Positions 10,098 to 19,147 of a DNA stretch of 64,000 bases are shown here, piece by piece. Source of the stretch: an uncultured Chloroflexia bacterium (GTDB lineage: Bacteria; Chloroflexota; Dehalococcoidia; DSTF01; JALHUB01); the NCBI GenBank assembly GCA_963703345.1, contig OY969814.1, positions 864,001-928,000 of the forward strand, read 5' to 3'. The first letter of the stretch is position 1. Every line of letters starts with the position of its first letter. Under the pieces are notes generated by a model, which worked only from the letters and a program-made list of their open reading frames with translations, did no database searches and was not told where the DNA came from. Both the position numbers and the translations under genes were made by a program.

Positions 10098-10972
10098 GAG
10101 AGCCCTTTCGCCAGGCCGGCGCGCGAGATCACCTCGGCGACGACGCCCGGCGTTCCGCCCCAGGCGATGTGGACGCCGCGCACGCCTTCGAGGCTCGCCA
10201 GCTTTGATGCCATCTCCGCGCAGATGGCGATGCCTTCGGCGGCGGCGTCTGTCGCGTCCCTGAGGCGCGCAACGACGGCTTCGGGAACGCGGCCGCGGCG
10301 CTGGAGCGCTTCCGCCTGCGCCACGTCGGTCAGCGGCTGGACGGCGGCGATTATAGCGACGGTCTTGCTGAGCTTCTCCTGTCGCGCTGCGTCGAGCCAT
10401 TCGACGAAGGACGCGGCATCGAAGACGGGGCTCGTCATAAGGAAGCGGGCACCGGCCTTCACCTTCTTTCGGGCGTCGATGAGGCTCAGCTCGAGCGGGC
10501 GCAGATGCGGGTAGGCCTCGGCGCCGATGAAGAGCGAGAACGGCGCGCCGTCCGACGGGTCGGCGAGCAGTTGGATGAGCTGAACGGGGTCGACGTCATA
10601 TACGCCGGCGGCTTCCGGCTGGGCGCCGAGCGATTGGTGGTCGCCCGGCAGGCAGACGACGTTCTTGACGCCAAGCGCCGCCGCTCCGGCGACGTCGGCG
10701 AGAAGGGCTGTGCGGTTGCGGTCCCGCGTGAGCAGCGTTAAGACCGGCTCCGCGCGCTGCGCCGCCAGCAGAGTGGAGCACACGAGGGCGGAGATGGCCC
10801 GTTCGCCACCGCTGGAGACGACGAGCGCATCGAGGGAGGACGGGAACGCGGCGGCCAGGGCTCTTACGGCGTCGGCGTCTCTGGCGCCCGCCGTCATGAG
10901 CTCCGCGGTCACCACGCGGCGTCCGCTCTCCAGGGCCCGCGCCAGACTCGATGTCTCCGTAGCCTGACTCAT
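10094..10972 (-). CDS. metF: Methylenetetrahydrofolate reductase-like protein (divergent MetF)
   Basis: VTAEL, EPVLTLLTRDRNR, GVKNVVCLPGDH, KKVKAGARFLMTSPVFD, GVHI. MTHFR fold with several substitutions. Confidence 0.8.
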   Translation of the reverse strand: MSQATETSSLARALESGRRVVTAELMTAGARDADAVRALAAAFPSSLDALVVSSGGERAISALVCSTLLAAQRAEPVLTLLTRDRNRTALLADVAGAAALGVKNVVCLPGDHQSLGAQPEAAGVYDVDPVQLIQLLADPSDGAPFSLFIGAEAYPHLRPLELSLIDARKKVKAGARFLMTSPVFDAASFVEWLDAARQEKLSKTVAIIAAVQPLTDVAQAEALQRRGRVPEAVVARLRDATDAAAEGIAICAEMASKLASLEGVRGVHIAWGGTPGVVAEVISRAGLAKGLS

Positions 10973-10973
10973 C

Positions 10974-11444
10974 TTACCCGCCTCTCTGATTGGCGTTCCT
11001 GGACAGCGGGCTTCGTTGGAGGCCGGCAAGCGCCGCCGCGACCGCCTGTGCCAGGTCACCCTCGCCGCCGTCCGGCGTCGGGTCGATTAAGGTGAGCCGA
11101 TTTCCGCCGAGGCTGATGTCGTCCAGGATGCTTTTCACGTAGTCGATTCGTCGTTGGACGCGACGGCGTCCTTCCATGTAGCGGCACCGGCCGTCGCCGC
11201 AGGCGGCCACGAGCACGAGGTCCACGCCCTGCTCGAAAGCCTTGAGGAAGTGCTCCGGCTGGAGCTTCCCGGCGCAGGGGACACGGATCTCTCGCACGGA
11301 AGGCGGGGTGGGCTCCCGGGGAGGTGTGGCTTCCCGCGCCGCGCCGCCCGACGACTTGGAGACGCAGCGGAACAGGACGACGTCCAGCGGGAAATCAGGG
11401 GGGACCGCCGTAATGGCGGTGCTCTGGTTCAAGCTGCCTTCCAT
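10974..11444 (-). CDS. Second, divergent MvhD-like iron-sulfur subunit
   Basis: IRVPCAGKL...LKAFEQGVD...ACGDGRCRYMEG. The N-terminal CC.xC motif is reduced to one Cys. Confidence 0.75.
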   Translation of the reverse strand: MEGSLNQSTAITAVPPDFPLDVVLFRCVSKSSGGAAREATPPREPTPPSVREIRVPCAGKLQPEHFLKAFEQGVDLVLVAACGDGRCRYMEGRRRVQRRIDYVKSILDDISLGGNRLTLIDPTPDGGEGDLAQAVAAALAGLQRSPLSRNANQRGG

Positions 11445-11656
11445 GTCTGCCGATGTGCCTCCGGCTGCGCATCTGAAAGCCTGCTACCTAGTCTGCCACA
11501 TCCGGCGAGACAAGGGAACGGTAGCTTCGGCAAGAGGATGCGATGCTTGTCCTCGGCCGCATTCTGTAACGAAGCGGCAACCGGTTACCGTTAGCCTGTA
11601 TCCATGATCGGCGGAAAGGAGCGGCGGTGTCAAGTTCGGGCCGCGAGGCATGGAAG

Positions 11657-11682
11657 GGCCGCTCGGCAACCCGAGCGGCCCG
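11657..11682 (-). terminator. GC-rich palindrome, probable terminator downstream of marR (copy 2 of the 26-bp repeat)
   Basis: GGCCGCTCGG-CAAC-CCGAGCGGCC; 25/26 identical to 3009-3034. Confidence 0.55.
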
Positions 11683-11795
11683 GAGTGAGCGTACCGTCAG
11701 CGGCTCGCCGGCTTCACGCTTCATTGCCGTCGAAACGCCGTGCTGGCAGTCGCCCGTTGACTGCTGTTGACGCCGCGAATGCGCCCTTCGGCTTG

Positions 11796-12293
11796 TTAGA
11801 CGCGGAAGCCCGGCTTGCGAGAGAGGTTTGCCGCCGCGGCGTCGCGGATCTTCTCGCAGGACGTCTTGAGATGCTCCTTCTCGGCGGGGGTCAAAGCGCC
11901 AAACAGCTTCGCTGCCGCCTGGTCCGCCACCGCCGAAGCCTCTTCGTACTTCTTGACGCCGGCCTTCGTGAACTCCACCAGCCTCTTGCGGCGGTCCTTG
12001 GGGTCGCCGTGCGTGTGCACCCAGGCCTTGGCCTCCGTGCGGTCCACGAGGCCGGTCAGGCTGTTGGGCTCCTTCACCATCCACTTCGCCAGAGCGCTAA
12101 TCGTCAGCGGGCGTCGCTCGCGGGCCAAAAGGCCCAGGAGCTGTAGTTGCGGCAGGGAGATCCCCTGCGGTATGAGCGCCGATTCCTGCACCTTGAACAC
12201 AGCGTTATATGCCTGATACAGTGGCTGCCACTCACCTACTACCTGAGCTTTGCCTGCACCGGACGTCTTTGCGGCAGGGGTTTTTCTTGGCAC
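11796..12293 (-). CDS. MarR family transcriptional regulator
   Basis: ISLPQLQLLGLL, LTISALA, LTGLVDRTEAKAWV, DPKDRRKRLVEFTKAG winged-helix pattern. GTG start after GGGAGG. Confidence 0.85.
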   Translation of the reverse strand: MPRKTPAAKTSGAGKAQVVGEWQPLYQAYNAVFKVQESALIPQGISLPQLQLLGLLARERRPLTISALAKWMVKEPNSLTGLVDRTEAKAWVHTHGDPKDRRKRLVEFTKAGVKKYEEASAVADQAAAKLFGALTPAEKEHLKTSCEKIRDAAAANLSRKPGFRV

Positions 12294-12439
12294 TATCTGG
12301 GTCCTCCCTTTCCTTGTCTGAAGTTGCTCGCTCCTTCGATTGGAGCATTGTCCTTGAGCGGTCATTCGGACGTACTGTTCTTTGGTAACGCGAATGATAC
12401 CGAATTGTCAAGCCCTTTGCGTTTTTCTGCAAGAATTGA

Positions 12440-13000
12440 GGAGAAACCCCACGATCTCCAGCTCAACGAGGCCGACCTGCATGCGGTAGCCGGCAGCGTC
12501 TTCGCCTTCTACAAGTCGCTCGGAGCCCACTTTGACCTGCTCTTCTTCGACCCATCGGACCGCGACGCCGCTTACTACCAGGTGCAGCGCGGCGACGGCG
12601 GCGCCCACTGGCGGAAGGACGCCGACTTCGAGAGGTTCGGGACTTTCGTCAGCAGCATCGTAAGGGAGACGGGCCGCTGGGCGATCGTTTGGCAGGTGCC
12701 CGTCGGCAACACCATCTATCGCAGCATGGACAATAGCTGGGGGCACTACCAGGACAATCGCCTTCAGTACTGGCTCGGCGACCGGGCGCACGCGCAGGTG
12801 CTGGCGGATGGCGGCGTCATCGCCGTCCTGTTCGGCGCCGGCGCGGATGGCTGCACGACGTACACGGACGAGATGAACGACGGCGTCACCAATCCGCCAC
12901 CCATCGACGGCAATGACCAGGAAGCGCAGTACTCGGACGACGACGGCGGCTATCTACGGCTGAGCGCGTCGGCATACTACCAGGCCGGCGCGCTCTCTCG
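12440..13000 (+). pseudogene. 5'-truncated fragment of a hypothetical protein (possibly a carbohydrate-active TIM-barrel C-terminus)
   Basis: Protein-like stretch (SDRDAAYY, WQVPVGN, MDNSWGHYQDNR, LFGAG, DDDGGY) with genome-typical codon use. No clear start, and the frame reads through into non-coding-looking sequence. Confidence 0.45.
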
Positions 13001-13274
13001 GGACGCCGCAGTAGCGAAACACCGTCGAGGCGTCCCCGGGCGCGGCGAAAATAAAAGGGCCGCGCTAACCCCCCGATTCGCAAGCAATGGCTTAATCTGT
13101 TGGAGGTGCGCTAGGCCCTACTCATCTAACGCAGGAAACGGCGCGATTGTTACAGGCGGCGATGCGCCGTTCTTGTCATAACAATTCCCGTTCCCACGCC
13201 GCTCAGCTTTGACGGGCCAATCGGCAGGTAGTAAGATCCTGACATCTATCGGGCGGTTCCCTTAGGTCGCAGAG

Positions 13275-15338
13275 GTGGTCGTCGTGTTCCGGCAGGTCCC
13301 TTCGCAAACTCTCCGTCCGGGGAGACCTGCGGCGTCGGCTGAACGACACATCCCCTATCGACCGGCTCTCGATGGGATTCGCGCCCTTGCCGTCGCCGCC
13401 GTCCTTGCTTATCATGGCGGCCTCTCTCACGCGCGCGGCGGCTTCCTCGGCGTCGACGCTTTTTTCGTCCTCAGCGGCTTCCTTATCACCAGCCTCCTCC
13501 TCGCCGAATGGCGCTCTCGCGGCGAGATCCGGCTCATCGCGTTCTGGTCGCGACGGGCGAGGCGCCTGCTGCCGGCGCTCTTCCTGATGCTCCTAGGCGT
13601 GGCCTTCTACGCCGTCGCGCTCGCGCAGCCGGATGAGCTGGACAAGCTGCGCGGCGACGCTCTGGCGACCATCGGCTACGTCGCCAACTGGCGGCCGATC
13701 TTCGTCGGTCAGTCCTACTTCGACCAGTTCTCAGTCCCTTCGCCGTTGCTGCATACCTGGTCGCTGGCCATAGAAGAGCAATACTACGCCGTCTGGCCGC
13801 TTCTCGTCTTCCTGCTGCTATGGCTCCGGCGTGGCTCGCTGAAGCTGCTGCTGCCGGCTTCGGCGTTGATGCTGGCGGGCTCGGCGCTGCTGATGGCGCT
13901 GCTCTTCCAGCCCGGTCACGACCCGTCGCGCGTCTACTACGGCACCGACACTCGGGCGCAATCGCTGCTGGTGGGAGCGCTGCTGGCGATGCTGCTGATG
14001 CGTTTGGGCCCGCTGAAGGGACGCTGGACGCGGCCGGCCCTGGAGGTCGGGGCTATCGGCTGCGCAGCCGGGATCGGCTGGACGTGGACGCACGCTACCG
14101 GCGACGATACGCTGCTCTATCGCGGCGGCTTCCTGATGCTGGCCATGGGCGTCGCCGTCGTTGTCACCGCGGCGGTGCAGCCCCAGCCGGGCGTAGTCGG
14201 AAGAGCGCTGGCGTTGCCGCCGTTGCGAGGGCTCGGACTCATCTCCTACGGCGTGTACCTCTGGCACTGGCCGATCTTCATGATGCTGACGCCCGGCCGA
14301 ACGGGCTGGAACGGCTACGAGCTCTTCCTGCTGCGCGTGGCGGTGACGCTCATCGTATCTATTGTCTCCTACAACCTGGTTGAAATGCCGATACGCCGCG
14401 GCGCCTTCCGAGGCTGGAATCTCTCGTGGACGCTGGCGCCTTCGGCCGCCGCCTGCGTCGCTGTCGCCGTCGTTATCGTCACCAGGGGAGGCATGGCGCC
14501 GGTTACCCATGCGCTTTCGCCGACGGAGGACATGCCGACGTCGCAGCCGACCGGCCAGATGGCGAGCGCCAAGACCGGCCCGGTGCGCGTGCTCGTGAAG
14601 GGCGACTCCATCTCGCTGTCGTTGGGAGCCGGATTGGAGGGCACGGGGCCCTCGGTCGGATTGCTAGCCTGGAACAGGGGCATCATCGGCTGCGGCTTCT
14701 TCCCGGTCGATGAAGATCTTGGCGACAACGGCCAGTGGACGCTGGAACGGGCGAAGCTGTGCAAGAACTGGCGCGCGCTGTGGGCCACAGACGTTCAGAA
14801 CTTCCAGCCCGATGTCGTCCTTATGCTATCCGGGCCCTGGGATGCGATTGACCTGAAGGTCGCGGGCCACATGATCGAGGTCGGCACGCAGGAGTGGCAC
14901 GATTACGCCATGAGCTCGCTGGAGAACGCGCTGGCGGCGTTCACGTCGCAGGGCGCTAAGGTGGCGCTATTGACCGCTCCCTGCTTCAAGCCGCGTCAGA
15001 CGGAACTGACGCAGCCAATAAAAGGGGAGCATTTGCTTGTCTGGCCGGTCAACGACTTGAACGCGGTCTACCGTGAGTTCGCGGACGAACATCCCGACAA
15101 GGTGAAGCTGATCGACCTGTACGCCGCCGTGTGCCCTAACGGCTTGTACGAGGACTTGACGACGCCGGACGGCGCGCAGATGCGCGGCGACGGCGTCCAC
15201 TTCACGTCGGAGGGCGCCGCGGCGATGACGCGCTGGCTGGCGCCGCAGCTAATAGCGCTGGTCCGCGGCGAGAGCGGCGTCGATGCCGAGGGTGCGGTGT
15301 CGAACGTTCAGCCGCCGATGGCGACGGCGGTGCCCTGA
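13275..15338 (+). CDS. Acyltransferase-3 + SGNH domain O-acetyltransferase (OafA/OatA-like)
   Basis: LDGIRALAV, GGFLGVDAFFVLSGFLIT, FWSRRARRLLP, HTWSLAIEEQYY, ISYGVYLWHWP; C-terminal GDS and DGVH SGNH motifs. Confidence 0.9.
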   Translation: MVVVFRQVPSQTLRPGRPAASAERHIPYRPALDGIRALAVAAVLAYHGGLSHARGGFLGVDAFFVLSGFLITSLLLAEWRSRGEIRLIAFWSRRARRLLPALFLMLLGVAFYAVALAQPDELDKLRGDALATIGYVANWRPIFVGQSYFDQFSVPSPLLHTWSLAIEEQYYAVWPLLVFLLLWLRRGSLKLLLPASALMLAGSALLMALLFQPGHDPSRVYYGTDTRAQSLLVGALLAMLLMRLGPLKGRWTRPALEVGAIGCAAGIGWTWTHATGDDTLLYRGGFLMLAMGVAVVVTAAVQPQPGVVGRALALPPLRGLGLISYGVYLWHWPIFMMLTPGRTGWNGYELFLLRVAVTLIVSIVSYNLVEMPIRRGAFRGWNLSWTLAPSAAACVAVAVVIVTRGGMAPVTHALSPTEDMPTSQPTGQMASAKTGPVRVLVKGDSISLSLGAGLEGTGPSVGLLAWNRGIIGCGFFPVDEDLGDNGQWTLERAKLCKNWRALWATDVQNFQPDVVLMLSGPWDAIDLKVAGHMIEVGTQEWHDYAMSSLENALAAFTSQGAKVALLTAPCFKPRQTELTQPIKGEHLLVWPVNDLNAVYREFADEHPDKVKLIDLYAAVCPNGLYEDLTTPDGAQMRGDGVHFTSEGAAAMTRWLAPQLIALVRGESGVDAEGAVSNVQPPMATAVP

Positions 15339-15418
15339 CTGCGGCGTTTGGCTGCCGTCTTCCGCTTCCTGCGCGGCAGGAGGTCGATGAGTCCGAATTC
15401 GTCGTCGGGCGCCGGTCT

Positions 15419-16024
15419 CTACGCCAGGGGCATCGCCTCCGGTCCGGTGTCCAGCGCAAACGGCGGGTACGGCTCCACCAGCGAGCTCATATACGCCAGC
15501 AATCGCGCCTCCCAGCGCAACAGCCCGAGCTGGAAGCCCCAAAGTCCGTCAGGGTAGTTCTCCTGGATGAGCACCATTATCGCCGCGACGATCAAGATGA
15601 TGCCGCCTACGATGCCCAGAAGACCCAAAACGAACGCGCTTGGAATGGCCAGGATGATTCGCAGCAGCGCTGAGCCGGCCGTCGGCGTGCCGCTTGTCTT
15701 CACCTCAAACCGGACTATCGATTCCGGGCTCTCCGTCGGAAACTGGTCCGTCAGAATGAAGAGATAAGCGTAGAGCGCCAGGATCCAGCGCAGCCACGCC
15801 GTCATCCGCGGCCCATCCTCCTGCAGGAACTTCTCCGAGCCCTTCTGCGATATGAATATCGCCGCCATGATCGGAAACGCGAGGTAGACAAGGCCGAAGA
15901 ACCAGCCGAGAATCCCGCCCAATAGGGCCAGCACTAGCAGCACCAGCACACGAATCACCACGTGCGGCCGCTGGAACTTCTCCGGCCGCGCCACGTCGAA
16001 GATTACAGGGTAGTCGGTTGCCAT
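15419..16024 (-). CDS. DUF4389-like membrane protein
   Basis: Two repeats ending AY..ILTDQFP / AY..LVEPYPPF; LRIILAIP; YPDGLWGF..GLLRW. Confidence 0.75.
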   Translation of the reverse strand: MATDYPVIFDVARPEKFQRPHVVIRVLVLLVLALLGGILGWFFGLVYLAFPIMAAIFISQKGSEKFLQEDGPRMTAWLRWILALYAYLFILTDQFPTESPESIVRFEVKTSGTPTAGSALLRIILAIPSAFVLGLLGIVGGIILIVAAIMVLIQENYPDGLWGFQLGLLRWEARLLAYMSSLVEPYPPFALDTGPEAMPLA

Positions 16025-16113
16025 GGGGGATCTCCTTTCCAACTTGTCGCGACGCCATGTCGCCTATACCGTCGAACGGGACTCTACCCGAAGGCTGCCC
16101 GCTCCTCTCGAAC

Positions 16114-16123
16114 GTGGTAGAAT
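16114..16123 (+). promoter_or_regulatory. Extended -10 promoter for the GRE operon
   Basis: GTGGTAGAAT (TGn-TAGAAT) about 45 bp before the RBS GAGGAGG/ATG. The same decamer occurs upstream of tkt. Confidence 0.5.
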
Positions 16124-16166
16124 CGACGTACGATCTTCGTTGGCGAGCGCGAAGAGGAGGTCGACC

Positions 16167-19142
16167 ATGGCACTGCGGGATACTCTCGTTGAGCGCACGA
16201 CCGGTCCCTACCTGGCGACCGTCCTCAAGCTCATGGCGCTCAACTTCAATCGCAACGCCGACCTGAGGCGCGAGCTCTACCAGCGACGGAACGGCTTGTC
16301 GAAACCTTTCGATTCCCGCTACCAGTTTCGCACCGTCGATGGTGCCCTCTCTCTGTATCTTACCATCGAGGGCGGGCGCATGCGCGGCGGCAGCGGCGCC
16401 GTCCGCGAGCCGCATGTCGTCGCCACCTTCCGCGACGCGGCCGCCATGCGCGCCTTCCTGTCGCCTTTCGCCCGCAGCGACCCGCTGAACCTGATGATCG
16501 ATAACAAGCTCTCCTTCGAAGGCAACCTCAGCCACCTGGGGCGCTTGGGCCATCTTACCGCTGTCGCCCGCAACCGTCACTGGCGAAAAAAGCTCAGCGC
16601 CGCGCCCGAAGCCGGCGATCTGACGAAGACGGGCGATTCGATGCTGGCGGCCTCGCGCGCGGAGCGGCGTCGCGAGACGCTGCGCTGCGCTCCAACAGAC
16701 GAAGTCGCCGTCCTCGACGACCCTTACCTCAGCCGCTACACTATCGACGATTTCCCGCGTCTCAAGGCGATGCGCGCCGAGTTCTTCGGCGCCCACGGAG
16801 AGGTCTGCACCGAACGCCCGCGCCTCGTCACCGAGTACTATCGCGAGCACGGCTTCGAGACCGACCCGGAAGGCGGTGAGATCGACCCGGAGGTCAGGCA
16901 GGCCGGCGCGCTTCACCACGTCCTCGCAAACAAGGAGCCCATCATCCGCGAGCGGGCCCTCCTGCCCGGAACAACGACCACCAAGTTCCCCGGCGTGGTC
17001 ATCTACCCCGAGATCGGCGGCACGACGATCTGGGCCGAGCTCACCACCGTCGGCGACCGCGCCCTCAATCCCTACCGCATCTCGCCGGAGGATGTCGACC
17101 TGCTCAGTCGCGAAGTCTTTCCGTTCTGGGTCGATCGCAACATACGAGAGTGGACGCGACGCCGCTGGAACAACCCCCGCTGCCAGCAGCTCGACGAGCG
17201 ATGGGTGCTGTACTTCATGTGGAAGACGGCGGCCGTCTCGCACACGATCCCCGACTACCCGGGCGTGCTCCAGCGCGGCCTCCTCGCCTTCCGGGAAGAC
17301 GCGGCCCGCGGCGAAGCCACCGCCACCGACGAGCGCTCGCGCAATTTCTACCGCGCCGTCCAGACGGTCATCGACGGCGTGCTGCGCTACGCTGAGCGGC
17401 TCGCGGACAAGGCGGAGTCGATGGCGGCGGAAACGGGCGACGCCCAACGCCGCGACGAGCTCCAGGAGATGGCGCGCATCTGCCACAAAGTGCCTGCCGG
17501 CCCTGCCGAGTCGCTGCACGAGGCGCTGAGCGTAATCCTGCTCATCCAGATCGCCCTTCACATGGAGAACATGAACGCCGGACTATCCATCGGCCGTCTG
17601 GACGCCTGGCTCCAGCCCTACTTCCTCCACGATGTCGCCCTCGCGAAGACGGAGGAGGAGAAGGAGACGGTAGTGCGGCGCGCCGTCGAGCTCGTCGGCT
17701 CCTTCTTCCTCCAGTGCAACGACCACCTGCCGCTGGTGCCGAGCGTCGGGATGCGACTCTTCGCCGGCAGCTCGTCCGACATGGCGGTCACGCTCGGCGG
17801 CGTCGACGCTGAAGGCAAGAGCGCCGTCTGCGACATGACCTACGTCATCCTCAAGGCGGCGGAGATGCTGACCTTACGGGACCCAAACCTGAACGCCCGC
17901 TACCATCCCAGGGCGAACTCTCTCGAATACCTGCGCCGCCTCTGCGAAGTGAACGTCATTACCACCTCCACGCCCTCGATTCACAATGACGAAGCGGTCA
18001 TCGCGGCGCTCGTCGAGCAGGGGTTCGCACTGGAGGACGCGCGCGACTGGGGCGCCACCGGCTGCGTCGAGCCGACGAGTTGCGGGCGCCACATGGGCCA
18101 CACCAACTCCATGCTCTTGAACACGGTCGCGGCGCTGGAGATGGTCCTCAACGACGGCTTCCACCCGCTCGTCGGCGAGCAAATCGGCCCGCACAGCGGC
18201 GACCCTGCCGGCGGCGCCTTTGGTACGTTCGACAAGTTCCTCGCCGCCTACAAGCAGCAGCTTGGCTACCTGATCGGCCAGTCGGTCGAGTACAACAATT
18301 TTCTCGGGCAGGCGCACCAGTACCTGCACCCGACGCCGCTGCTATCGTCGCTGGTCGGCGGCTGCCTGGAGAGCGGCCGCGACGTTATCGAAGGCGGCGC
18401 GAAGTACAACAGCTCCGGCTCCGCGCTCGTCTCCCTCGCCGACGTGGTCGACAGCCTGCTGGCCATCAAGCAACTGGTCTACGAAGAGAAGGCGGTCGAC
18501 TTCCGAACGCTGCTTCAGGCCTTGCGCGACGACTTCGCCGGCCACGAGGCGCTGCACGCCCGCATCATGAAGCGCGTCCCCAAGTTCGGTTCCGACGCGC
18601 CCGGCACCCGAGAGATGGCGCAGGACATCATCAACTTCATCTACGATGAATATCAATCGCGGGCCAACTATCGCGGCGGGCGCTACACCAGCGGCTTCTG
18701 GAGCATGTCGAACCACGTTGTCTTCGGCTCGCTCTCCGGCGCTCTGCCCAGCGGGCGCAAGAAGGGGAAGGCGTTCACGCCCGGCATTACGCCCTCGGCG
18801 TCGGCCTCGCCCAACCTGCTGGACAACATCCGCACCATCGCCGCCCTCGACCCGCTGAAGATGCCGAACAACATCGCCTTCAACGTCAAGCTCACGCCCG
18901 CGCCCGGCGAGCCGCACGCCGACTTCGTCGAGCACGCGACGGCCTACGCGAGGACCTACTTCGAGCTCGGCGGCATGCAGATGCAGTTCAACATGGTGAC
19001 AACGGAGACCCTGCGGGACGCCATGGAGCACCCCGAGAACTACCGCAACCTCATGGTCCGCATCTCCGGCTACAACGCCTATTTCGTCGAGCTGAACCGC
19101 GAGATGCAGATCGAGCTCATCGAGCGGGCGGAGTACCGCTAG
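16167..19142 (+). CDS. Glycyl radical enzyme (PFL2/dehydratase-like) with N-terminal SCP2-like domain
   Basis: Cys loop GATGCVEP, Gly loop VRISGYNAYF, SIGRLD, PKFG, GALPSGR; about 991 aa with an N-terminal extension. Confidence 0.92.
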   Translation: MALRDTLVERTTGPYLATVLKLMALNFNRNADLRRELYQRRNGLSKPFDSRYQFRTVDGALSLYLTIEGGRMRGGSGAVREPHVVATFRDAAAMRAFLSPFARSDPLNLMIDNKLSFEGNLSHLGRLGHLTAVARNRHWRKKLSAAPEAGDLTKTGDSMLAASRAERRRETLRCAPTDEVAVLDDPYLSRYTIDDFPRLKAMRAEFFGAHGEVCTERPRLVTEYYREHGFETDPEGGEIDPEVRQAGALHHVLANKEPIIRERALLPGTTTTKFPGVVIYPEIGGTTIWAELTTVGDRALNPYRISPEDVDLLSREVFPFWVDRNIREWTRRRWNNPRCQQLDERWVLYFMWKTAAVSHTIPDYPGVLQRGLLAFREDAARGEATATDERSRNFYRAVQTVIDGVLRYAERLADKAESMAAETGDAQRRDELQEMARICHKVPAGPAESLHEALSVILLIQIALHMENMNAGLSIGRLDAWLQPYFLHDVALAKTEEEKETVVRRAVELVGSFFLQCNDHLPLVPSVGMRLFAGSSSDMAVTLGGVDAEGKSAVCDMTYVILKAAEMLTLRDPNLNARYHPRANSLEYLRRLCEVNVITTSTPSIHNDEAVIAALVEQGFALEDARDWGATGCVEPTSCGRHMGHTNSMLLNTVAALEMVLNDGFHPLVGEQIGPHSGDPAGGAFGTFDKFLAAYKQQLGYLIGQSVEYNNFLGQAHQYLHPTPLLSSLVGGCLESGRDVIEGGAKYNSSGSALVSLADVVDSLLAIKQLVYEEKAVDFRTLLQALRDDFAGHEALHARIMKRVPKFGSDAPGTREMAQDIINFIYDEYQSRANYRGGRYTSGFWSMSNHVVFGSLSGALPSGRKKGKAFTPGITPSASASPNLLDNIRTIAALDPLKMPNNIAFNVKLTPAPGEPHADFVEHATAYARTYFELGGMQMQFNMVTTETLRDAMEHPENYRNLMVRISGYNAYFVELNREMQIELIERAEYR

Positions 19143-19147
19143 CCGCC

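Noticed and set aside
3101-11444. Selenocysteine read-through in HdrA/MvhD
   Set aside because: No in-frame TGA at Cys-motif positions; all motifs use Cys.
11445-11620. SAM/SAH/THF riboswitch upstream of the met/hdr operon
   Set aside because: I could not recognise any consensus core by eye; an Rfam scan would be needed.
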